From contig NZ_JAAGWY010000002.1 of NCBI RefSeq assembly GCF_010686705.1, forward strand, positions 1 through 24,000: 24,000 nucleotides of DNA, given 5' to 3'. This DNA is from Leifsonia tongyongensis (GTDB taxonomy: Bacteria; Actinomycetota; Actinomycetes; Actinomycetales; Microbacteriaceae). Position 1 is the first letter of the stretch. Each line of letters opens with the position of its first letter. A program made the position numbers and the translations under genes. This document shows, one piece after another, positions 8,524 to 15,640 of the stretch. Below the pieces are notes generated by a model, which ran no database searches, was not told the origin of the DNA, and was given only the letters and a program-made list of their open reading frames with translations.

Positions 8524-11172
8524 ATGCCATCCGCCTTCCAGGGAATGCACGGCGCGCTTGCTCAGTCCGTTGTCGCCCGTCGTCGGCTGTTCGTGAAGCT
8601 GGATGGGGCGGAGAACGGCACCACACTGCTGTCCGCGCCACCGGGTAGCGGGAAGACGGTGCTCCTCCGGTCGTGGATAGCGGATGCGGGCCTCCAGGAC
8701 CGCACGGCCTGGGTGACCGTCGAGCGCAACGAGCAGGATGTGCAGCGCTTCTGGCTCTCGGTCGTCAGCGAGCTATGCCGTGCCGCGGGAGGTAACTCCT
8801 TACTCCAAGAGCTCTCTCCCACACCGCAGTTCGATGAGGAGGCTGCTGCAGCGCGCCTGCTGGCCGAGTTGGGCACGCTGAACGAACGGATCGTGCTCGT
8901 TGTTGACGACCTCCACGAGCTTCACTCGCCGCAGGCTCTCGCCCAGGTGGAGCGCCTGCTCGCCCAGCGGCCTCCGCTGCTGCGGGTCGTGCTGTCGACG
9001 CGACACGACCCGCAGATCGGGCTGCATCGGCTGCGCGTCGCCGGAGGCTTGACCGAGATTCGCGCCGGCGACCTGCGCTTCACGGTCGATGAGACACAGG
9101 AACTGCTTGCGTCATCCGGGATCGGGCTCTCGAATGACGCCCTCGCCGTGCTGCACGACCGCACCGAGGGATGGGCAGCGGGGCTTCGGATGGCGGCGCT
9201 CTCGCTCGCTGGGCAGGCCGATCCAGAGCGGTTCGTCTGGGAGCTGCGCGGCAGCGACCGGATGATCGCGGACTACCTGCTCGCGGAGGTGCTGGAGCAC
9301 CAGCCCGAGGAGGTACGGCGTCTCCTGCTGCGGACGTCGGTGCTCGATCGGGTCAACGGCGCGCTCGCCGACCTCCTGACCGGCGGCCGCGGCGGCGAGC
9401 GCATCCTCCTCGAACTCGAGAATGCGAACGCCTTCGTCACGTCCCTCGACGCTCGCCGGTCGTGGTTCCGGTATCACCAGCTGTTCGCCGAAGTCCTGAG
9501 TCTGGAGTTGCGGCGGACCGAACCTGACCGTGTCAGCGAGCTGCACAGGGCCGCTGCGCATTGGTATGCCGAACACGACGAGGTCGTCGAAGCTGTCCGT
9601 CACGCACAGTCCGCGGCCGATTGGGCGTTTGCCGGACGTCTTCTGGCCGACCACAGCCTCAGCCTCGTGCTGGACGGCCGGGAGGGGACGGTTGCCGCCC
9701 TTCTCCGTGGTTTCCCTTCGGGTGCCGTGTCGGCTGATCCCGAGCTGACGGTCGTCCTGGCCGCGCAGCAGCTGTCGAGAGGGCTACTCGACGACGTCGC
9801 GACAAGCCTCGCGCGGGCCGAGCGGCACAGAGCCGTCGTTCCCGGCGAACGGCGACGCCACTTCGAAACCATGCTGGCGCTGGAGCGCGCATCTCTGGCC
9901 CGAAGACGCGGCGACTTCAGCGCTGTCGTCGACGAGGTGCAACGGCTGCTCGCCCCGCCGGACAACGAGGGGCCCGGTGAGGCCGGGGTCGGCGCCGACG
10001 TACGCGCATACGCGCTGATGATCCTCGGCATCGTGGAACTCTGGGCTGTGCGTCTCGAGGAGGCGGAGCGGCATCTCGAGCAGGGTCTCGAACTGGCGCG
10101 ACGAGCCGGGCGGCCGTACGTCGAGGTGGGTTGCCTCGCACACCTGGGAACGCTCGCCGCGGTGAGCTCGTTCGCGGTGGCCAGGCAACGGTGCCTTGAC
10201 GCGATCAGGATAGCCGAGGCGCGAGGCTGGGGGGCCGATCCGGTTGTCGCGCCTGCACTGGTCATGATCGCAGCTCTGGACATGTGGCAAGTGCGCTCTG
10301 ACGAGGCCGAGCAGTCGCTCGCGCGCGCCGAGGATCCGGTCTCTCGGGGCGGCGACCCGCCGACGAGGTTGCTGGCGAACCTGGTGCGGGGGATGGTGGA
10401 GATCGCTCGCGGCCGCGATGAGAAGGCACTCGCCTCGCTCCGCGCCGCGAACGAGGTCCGGGCGCTGCTTGTCGCCCCTCAGCTGATGACGGTCCCGGCG
10501 CAAGCGACGCTCGTGCACCAGCTTGTGCGGGTGGGCGACCTGGCGAGCGCGCGAGCTGTCCTCGCGGGATTGCCCGAGGACGGCCGGGAGTGGGCGGAGG
10601 TACGTGCCGCACGCGCCGTCATCCACCTCGCCGAAGAGAATCCTCGCGACGCCATCGTCGCCCTCGAGCCGATTGTGGGCGGTGCGAAACCTGTCCTCTC
10701 GCCCTGGCTCGTGCAGTGCTACCTGCTCGACGCCGTCGCCCACGACCGCGTGGGCGACGATCCGGGCACTCACGCGTCGCTCGAACACGCGCTCGAGGTC
10801 GCCGAACCGGAGTCGCTGATCTGGCCGTTCGTCACAGTGCCGGTCCAGCACTTGCTCGAACGCATCCCGCCCCATCGCACCGCACACGGCGCGCTGCTCA
10901 AACAGATCCTCGACGTGCTCGCCGGAGGCCGCCCCGCCGATCGCCCGGGAGAGCCCCGTGCTGAACTCACCGAGAGCGAACTCCGCGTGCTCCGCTACCT
11001 ACCGAGCAACCTCTCCGCGGCGGCCATCGGCCGGGAGCTGTCTCTGTCGGTCCACACGGTGAACACGCACGTTAGAAACATCTACGCGAAGCTCGGCACT
11101 CACAAGCGCAGCGAGACCGTCGAACTCGCGCGCGGGCTCCGGCTCTTGGGGCCGTCCGTCAGCCGCCGCTGA
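8524..11172 (+). CDS. LAL/MalT-type large ATP-binding LuxR-family regulator (STAND NTPase + TPR-like region + LuxR HTH)
   Basis: Walker A SAPPGSGKT, Walker B IVLVVDDLHEL, and a long helical repeat region. C-terminal LTESELRVLRYL...AAIGRELSLSVHTVNTHVRNIYAKLG is a LuxR/GerE HTH. The start could instead be the ATG at 8548. Confidence 0.85.
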   Translation: MPSAFQGMHGALAQSVVARRRLFVKLDGAENGTTLLSAPPGSGKTVLLRSWIADAGLQDRTAWVTVERNEQDVQRFWLSVVSELCRAAGGNSLLQELSPTPQFDEEAAAARLLAELGTLNERIVLVVDDLHELHSPQALAQVERLLAQRPPLLRVVLSTRHDPQIGLHRLRVAGGLTEIRAGDLRFTVDETQELLASSGIGLSNDALAVLHDRTEGWAAGLRMAALSLAGQADPERFVWELRGSDRMIADYLLAEVLEHQPEEVRRLLLRTSVLDRVNGALADLLTGGRGGERILLELENANAFVTSLDARRSWFRYHQLFAEVLSLELRRTEPDRVSELHRAAAHWYAEHDEVVEAVRHAQSAADWAFAGRLLADHSLSLVLDGREGTVAALLRGFPSGAVSADPELTVVLAAQQLSRGLLDDVATSLARAERHRAVVPGERRRHFETMLALERASLARRRGDFSAVVDEVQRLLAPPDNEGPGEAGVGADVRAYALMILGIVELWAVRLEEAERHLEQGLELARRAGRPYVEVGCLAHLGTLAAVSSFAVARQRCLDAIRIAEARGWGADPVVAPALVMIAALDMWQVRSDEAEQSLARAEDPVSRGGDPPTRLLANLVRGMVEIARGRDEKALASLRAANEVRALLVAPQLMTVPAQATLVHQLVRVGDLASARAVLAGLPEDGREWAEVRAARAVIHLAEENPRDAIVALEPIVGGAKPVLSPWLVQCYLLDAVAHDRVGDDPGTHASLEHALEVAEPESLIWPFVTVPVQHLLERIPPHRTAHGALLKQILDVLAGGRPADRPGEPRAELTESELRVLRYLPSNLSAAAIGRELSLSVHTVNTHVRNIYAKLGTHKRSETVELARGLRLLGPSVSRR

Positions 11173-11251
11173 GACGCGGGGCCCGTAACCGGGACAGAAT
11201 CGCAAGATCTTTGCGAGGTGGACTCACCATGCCACTCGCGAGTCTGGGCCT

Positions 11252-11488
11252 GTGCCTGATGAAGCGCTTCCAGCGCGTTACACGATCCGAGTTCGCGGCG
11301 TCTTGAGCGAGACGCTCCGGATGGCCTTTCCCGAACTCGACGCCGAGTCGCGCGGTGAGGACAGCGTCCTCGTCGGGGTGCTCCGGGATCAGGCGGCGCT
11401 TTATGGCGTCCTCGCTCAACTCGAGGGACTCGGCATCGCACTGATCGACGTTTCGAGTGACCCGTGCCCGAAGGGAACTGAGCGATGA
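11252..11488 (+). CDS. Small conserved actinobacterial protein of unknown function
   Basis: GTG start. The pattern YTIRVRGVLSETL...GVLRDQAALYGVLAQLEGLGIALIDV resembles a recurrent small actinobacterial family (xYRLRVxGxL...DQAALHGxLxxLxxLGLELxxV) that I recall only as hypothetical. Confidence 0.5.
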   Translation: MPDEALPARYTIRVRGVLSETLRMAFPELDAESRGEDSVLVGVLRDQAALYGVLAQLEGLGIALIDVSSDPCPKGTER

Positions 11489-11638
11489 CCATCCTGTGCC
11501 CGCATCCCCGGCGCCGGTATCAGCACGCGGAGGAGGTGTTGCCGCTGGCTTGACCGGGGACACATCGCACCGGGCTCCGACCGGCGACGTTCAGCCGCCG
11601 AACAGAGCCATATTGAATCACCAAATTAGGAGTAAGTC

Positions 11639-13132
11639 ATGAAGTACGTGTTCAACAAGGGACCCAAGTTGGAAGGGAGGCGAGGGCTGCTCGCGGGTGC
11701 GGGGGTCGGCGCGGTAGTTGCGCTCGCGATCGCCGGGGGAATTTCCGCCTCTGCCGTGCCGCCGACCGCCACGACGGCGCCGACTTCCACGAAGGCGCCG
11801 ACATCCACGACACCCTCGCCAAAGAGCTCGGCGGCGAGCGGTAGCGTCGATCCGAATTCCAAGAGCCTCTATCCGTTCGGCCAGCCGCAGGGCGGCGTCG
11901 CAGTCAACACGCCGCCACCGCCCGGGGAACCGACGCTGTCGCCGGCGTACGCGACGAAGACGACGACCCGCATTTACGGTTCCAACCCGTTCGAGGAGGC
12001 CGTCTCGGTCTCCCAGCACATTTGGACATCTGCGCTGCCCGAGAACGTTCCCGCAAACGCAGGCAACAACGCGGATCGCACCCGCGCGGTCACGCTGGTA
12101 ACGCCCGACGATCCGCTGACGGATATCACCGCGACGCCGCTGATCCACTTCCCCGACGCCGCGCCCATCCTCTACGTCACGAAGAACGGGATCCCGGCGA
12201 TCACGCTGAACGAGTTGAAGCGGCTCGGACCTGTCGGTATCAGTCGCTTCAACAATGTCCATGCACTGCTGGTCGGAGCGGCCGCGAACCCCGGCGTTGA
12301 GAGCCAGCTCAAGGCCATCGGGATGAAGTACTACGAGGTCAAGGGCGCGGATGTCCCGCAACTCGCTGACAACGTGGACAAGCTCTACGGTTCGATCTCG
12401 AACCCCGACTTCGGGGTCGCGACGATGCCCGGCATGGAGGACGTCGTGGTCGGCTCGATGGACGGCAAGGACTGGCAGTACACGTTGCCGGCGACGCACT
12501 GGGTCGCGCACATGCCGACGGGTCTGTTCTGGGTTCACCGGAATTCGATCCCGACTGCGACGATCGACGCGCTCAAGCGGCGCGGCGGCAAGGCGCGGAT
12601 CTACCTGTTCGGCGGCCCCGACCAGATCTCAGCCTCGGTCGCTAAGCAGCTCTACCAGTACGGCGAGGTCATTCGTGTCTCGAACGACGACCCGGTCGCG
12701 TTCAACGCACCGGCGCCCGACTCGCCCGAGGCCACTGCCCTCGCCTTCGCGAAGATGTGGGACCCTGCCGGAATGTTCGGCTGGAAGATCACGGGACCGG
12801 GCCACGGATTCACGCTGGTCAACATCAACGACTGGCAGGGCGCGATCGCGTCGGCCCCGCTCTCGCACCTCGGCTTCCACGCGCCTCTGCTCCTCACAAG
12901 CAGCGCAAGCACCCTGCCGAGTGATCTCGAGAGCTACTTCACGCAGGTCTCCCCGTCGTTCCTGAACACGCCCGCTGACGGCCCGTACAACATGACCTAT
13001 GTGCTCGGCAGCTGGAATCAGGTCAACTGGGACGAGCAGGTTCGCGTCGACAGCATCTCCGAGATGCACAACCGTCGCGTCGTCGGAAGCGACACCGGCG
13101 GCACGTACGGCGACAGCCAGCCAGGGGCCTGA
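11639..13132 (+). CDS. Secreted protein: Tat-type signal, Thr/Pro/Ser linker, about three CWB2-like (cell-wall-binding repeat 2) modules
   Basis: AGGAG RBS. GRRGLLAGAGVGAVVALAIAGGISASA is a twin-arginine signal with an AxA site, followed by a TATTAPTSTKAPTSTTPSP linker. RIYGSNPFEEAVSVSQ resembles the CWB2 motif R(I/L)xGxDRYxTAxxxS. Also APILYV...IPAITLNELKRLGP, IYLFGGPDQIS and HAPLLLTSSASTLPSDL. Confidence 0.6.
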   Translation: MKYVFNKGPKLEGRRGLLAGAGVGAVVALAIAGGISASAVPPTATTAPTSTKAPTSTTPSPKSSAASGSVDPNSKSLYPFGQPQGGVAVNTPPPPGEPTLSPAYATKTTTRIYGSNPFEEAVSVSQHIWTSALPENVPANAGNNADRTRAVTLVTPDDPLTDITATPLIHFPDAAPILYVTKNGIPAITLNELKRLGPVGISRFNNVHALLVGAAANPGVESQLKAIGMKYYEVKGADVPQLADNVDKLYGSISNPDFGVATMPGMEDVVVGSMDGKDWQYTLPATHWVAHMPTGLFWVHRNSIPTATIDALKRRGGKARIYLFGGPDQISASVAKQLYQYGEVIRVSNDDPVAFNAPAPDSPEATALAFAKMWDPAGMFGWKITGPGHGFTLVNINDWQGAIASAPLSHLGFHAPLLLTSSASTLPSDLESYFTQVSPSFLNTPADGPYNMTYVLGSWNQVNWDEQVRVDSISEMHNRRVVGSDTGGTYGDSQPGA

Positions 13133-13149
13133 CTGGCCGGGTTCTGAAC

Positions 13150-13181
13150 ATGGCGGGGTCACCGAAAGGTGGCCCCGCCAT
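13150..13181. terminator. Bidirectional hairpin between convergent genes
   Basis: ATGGCGGGGTCACC-GAAA-GGTGGCCCCGCCAT forms a 14-bp stem (one G-U pair) with a GAAA tetraloop, followed by TTT. Confidence 0.6.
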
Positions 13182-13218
13182 TTGCCGGCGCATCCATCGC
13201 CGACGATTCAACGAATCG

Positions 13219-13776
13219 TCACCGGCGGTCGCGCCCGCGGGACAGCAGCAGCGAGAGCGCAGCAGCCGTTCCCATCCCGTACACGAGGTGCGCGACCAGA
13301 TCCTTTCCGAGCGTCTTGGCGTCGTATTCGGTGATGCGTTTGTACAGGTGCATCGGCGTCAGGATGGCGTAGCTGAGACCCCACATGCCTGCGCCGAAAA
13401 TCAGCCCATAGCTGGTACGAGGTTTACGTAAGGAAGCGGCGACCATTGCGTAGCCCACTGCCGCCGAGACTGAATATCCCCAGTGCATGACGTTGTTTGC
13501 GAGTGCAGCGCGTGAATCGGGGAGCTTGACTTCGTAGAGTCCTTCTACGATGCGTCGTCCGACCTGGGCCGGTGCGGGAGCTTTGTCCCAGTCGGTGACG
13601 TCGGCGGAGAACTCCCATTCACGGAAGGGTTCGGTTCCGTGTTGTCGCCGGTATTGGCCGTACAACCAGAGATCCATGGCCATGGTGCCGATCAGGCCAG
13701 CGGCCACACCGCGGGCTAGAGCTCCCACCGGGGTGACGCGGGGCCGACTGAAGGCATCGGGGGCTGTTGCACTCAT
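13219..13776 (-). CDS. Integral membrane protein, unknown function (possibly DUF1440/YagU-like)
   Basis: The ORF-track version (to 13977) is trimmed to the ATG at 13776, which has a GAGGAG RBS 5 nt upstream. About 4 hydrophobic segments. The family assignment is only a loose impression. Confidence 0.55.
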   Translation of the reverse strand: MSATAPDAFSRPRVTPVGALARGVAAGLIGTMAMDLWLYGQYRRQHGTEPFREWEFSADVTDWDKAPAPAQVGRRIVEGLYEVKLPDSRAALANNVMHWGYSVSAAVGYAMVAASLRKPRTSYGLIFGAGMWGLSYAILTPMHLYKRITEYDAKTLGKDLVAHLVYGMGTAAALSLLLSRGRDRR

Positions 13777-13822
13777 GAGTTTCTCCTCACACGACCTCAT
13801 CCTTTCAGGTGTAGACAGAAGC

Positions 13823-14170
13823 GTGACCGTTTTCGAAGATCTCCTCCACCGCAACATGCTCGGCGTCTTCAATGAGCGGGAGGAGTCGCTGCGTCTCCCG
13901 CAGCTGGCTGCGCTGTATGCGCCGGATGCTCGGTTCGCCGACCACGACGGTGTTGCCGTCGGCCTCGATGCCATCAATGAGAAGATCCGCGCGCTTCACG
14001 CCCGGACTCCCGGGTTCGTGTTCGCGCCTGGGCCGTTCCACGAAGTCCAGGACCTCGCCACCATCGAGTGGTCGTATGGTCCCGCCGGCGCTGACCCTGT
14101 CGTGAATGGAACGGATGTTGCGATCATCCGCGACGGACGCATTTCCGCGCTCTATGTGTACTTGAGGTAG
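13823..14170 (+). CDS. SnoaL/NTF2-like family protein
   Basis: LLHRNMLGVFNEREESLRLPQLAALYAPDARFADHDGVAVGLDAINEKI...GTDVAIIRDGRISALYVYL is a typical NTF2-like pattern. The start is uncertain (GTG 13823 or ATG 13775). The long ORF-track version overlaps the antisense membrane gene. Confidence 0.65.
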   Translation: MTVFEDLLHRNMLGVFNEREESLRLPQLAALYAPDARFADHDGVAVGLDAINEKIRALHARTPGFVFAPGPFHEVQDLATIEWSYGPAGADPVVNGTDVAIIRDGRISALYVYLR

Positions 14171-14230
14171 GCCTATCATGGGAGACAAAGGAGCCCGGAC
14201 CCTGCCCCTTGCGAATGCAAGGAGGGCACC

Positions 14231-14452
14231 GTGCGCGCCTATACCGCGCTACTCAGCTACGACAACCCCGAAGTCGAAGACATCGTCGTTACGCGGGTCG
14301 CGCCGGAGGACGTTCTGCCCCATGTCCTCGCGGTGACGTGTGCCACGGCCGCGGACGCGGTCGATGTCTTCGAACTCATCGACGGGGAGCCATTGGCCCC
14401 GTTCGCGCTCTACGAGTTCCGTCACACCAGGGGCGCAGCATTAGGGCACTGA
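14231..14452 (+). CDS. Small acidic hypothetical protein (73 aa)
   Basis: GTG start with a strong AAGGAGG RBS and GC-rich third codon positions. No recognisable motif. Confidence 0.5.
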   Translation: MRAYTALLSYDNPEVEDIVVTRVAPEDVLPHVLAVTCATAADAVDVFELIDGEPLAPFALYEFRHTRGAALGH

Positions 14453-14486
14453 ACCCGAGCCTCTGCTGAGGCCGTAGTCTCGATAG

Positions 14487-14777
14487 GTGCCATCGTTCCG
14501 TGTCATCGTGGCTGTCGGTGCGCTCCGACCGGGCGTCCGCCCGGATGCCATTGTGCCGGCCGCCGCTGACGCCGTGGCCGAGCGCACGGTCGTCGAGGCG
14601 TCAAGCGTCGACGTGGTGGCCGGTGAGGCCAGGGTCACTGTGCGTTTCACCGCGGATGGTGTCGACGACGCCATCCCGGTCGCGGAGCACGCGGTCGCGC
14701 GCCTCCGGGAGCTCGCTCAGACGGGCGCGTGGCGTCTGACCGAGCGTGTCGGCGGTCGCTGGTTCCGTCGAGCCTGA
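14487..14777 (+). CDS. Small hypothetical protein (96 aa)
   Basis: GTG start and GC3-rich codons, with a composition that looks like an alternating beta/alpha pattern. No recognisable motif. Confidence 0.45.
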   Translation: MPSFRVIVAVGALRPGVRPDAIVPAAADAVAERTVVEASSVDVVAGEARVTVRFTADGVDDAIPVAEHAVARLRELAQTGAWRLTERVGGRWFRRA

Positions 14778-15006
14778 GGGCATCAGGCTGGATGAGAAAT
14801 GAGCTCGGCGTGTCGTCATTTCAGCCTCTCCCGAGGCTAGACCGTTTGGTCCACTCAGTGCTAATGTGAGGATTAATCGGGGGTCGACTATCATGTCGGT
14901 TTCGCTGCGCCGAAGTTCCCGCGCAGAAAGCCTTCTTCGCCCGCGTCTCACGGGGATTTGGCGTGGGTCGATGTGCCGACCGCAATGCTGAGCCGGAGGT
15001 GCGGCG

Positions 15007-15546
15007 ATGGTGAAAGACGCCCCAAGTCCGAAGCGCGGGGCCTTTGCGACGCCCAAGGACGTCTTGGAATCGGCCACGCCTTACGAGCCGCGATCCGACG
15101 TGCCGAACGAACCGGATTCGGAATCTGACTCGGCTGAAAGCCCCAGCCGTCCAGACCCTGGGATAGGAGAGACGATCGTGAGCGATACAGAAGCCAATAT
15201 GGGAATTCCCGGCACCCCGCCGCCACCCCCGAGCGGCGCAGTCAGCCAGCAAGCCGGCTCGGGAGGTGCACCATCAACCGAAGGCGTGGGCGCTCCCGGC
15301 ACTCCGCCGCCACCCTCGAGCGACGCTGCCGCCGGTTCGCAATCGGGTGATGGCAGCACCAAGGGCACTCCCGGCACGCCGCCGCCTCCTCCTGCAAGTG
15401 CAGACGGTGGCCAGCAGGGCAGCGCCGGCGGTGTGGGCACAGAAGGCACCCCTCCTCCGCCGCCCTCCGGAAGCACGACGGCGGACTCGCCGTCAAGCTC
15501 GGGTGTCGGGATGGGCACCCCGGGTACGCCGCCACCACCGGCGTAG
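15007..15546 (+). CDS. Polyproline-repeat, low-complexity protein sharing an N-terminal motif with the downstream peptidase
   Basis: GGAGG RBS. Five copies of G-x-(P)GTPPPP(P) separated by Gly/Ser/Ala-rich spacers, an acidic DSESDSAES stretch, and no signal peptide. Residues 9-26 (KRGAFATPKDVLESATPY) parallel residues 9-26 of the next protein. Confidence 0.65.
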   Translation: MVKDAPSPKRGAFATPKDVLESATPYEPRSDVPNEPDSESDSAESPSRPDPGIGETIVSDTEANMGIPGTPPPPPSGAVSQQAGSGGAPSTEGVGAPGTPPPPSSDAAAGSQSGDGSTKGTPGTPPPPPASADGGQQGSAGGVGTEGTPPPPPSGSTTADSPSSSGVGMGTPGTPPPPA

Positions 15547-15640
15547 TTCGCCAGGCACCGCACGCCACAGCACCGTGGCCCGATTCGGAGCCACGACACC
15601 GAACACGTAGTCCACCCATAATCGGCAGGAGTATGACGCC

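Noticed and set aside
8508-8648. Possible continuation of the TetR remnant in the +1 frame (…AGDAYAIRLPGNARRACSV…, vaguely like the TetR HTH LRELARRAGVS)
   Set aside because: The resemblance rests on ARRA plus a few residues and needs a 2-residue indel. The region is better explained as the alternative frame of the genuine LAL N-terminus (SVVARRRLFVKL...SAPPGSGKT).
9600-10887. Minus-strand ORFs of 227 and 367 aa inside the LAL regulator gene
   Set aside because: They are antisense to a continuous 882-aa ORF that has Walker A/B motifs and a LuxR HTH, and their composition is Arg/Ala/Ser/Pro-rich.
8524-11172. STAND NTPase as a possible Avs-like antiphage defence protein
   Set aside because: The C-terminal LuxR/GerE HTH and the overall MalT/LAL layout point to a transcription factor. 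There is no nuclease, protease or other effector domain.
11159-12538. Minus-strand ORFs (134 aa at 11159..11563; 306 aa at 11618..12538) opposite the small protein and the CWB2-like gene
   Set aside because: The plus-strand products have a recognisable family pattern, a Tat signal and an RBS. The minus-strand products are Arg-rich with no features.
13550-13977. Extended versions of the two overlapping ORFs (plus 13550..14170 and minus 13219..13977)
   Set aside because: The two cannot both be full length. Each has an internal start with better support, and the overlapping extensions are low-complexity. I trimmed them to 13219..13776 (-) and 13823..14170 (+).
14778-15006. Lower-GC 229-bp spacer upstream of the polyproline gene, examined for a promoter, riboswitch or small ORF
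   Set aside because: I found no convincing -35/-10 pair at proper spacing. A 31-codon ORF (MSVSLRRSSRAE...) has no RBS. The region presumably holds the module promoter, but I cannot place it.
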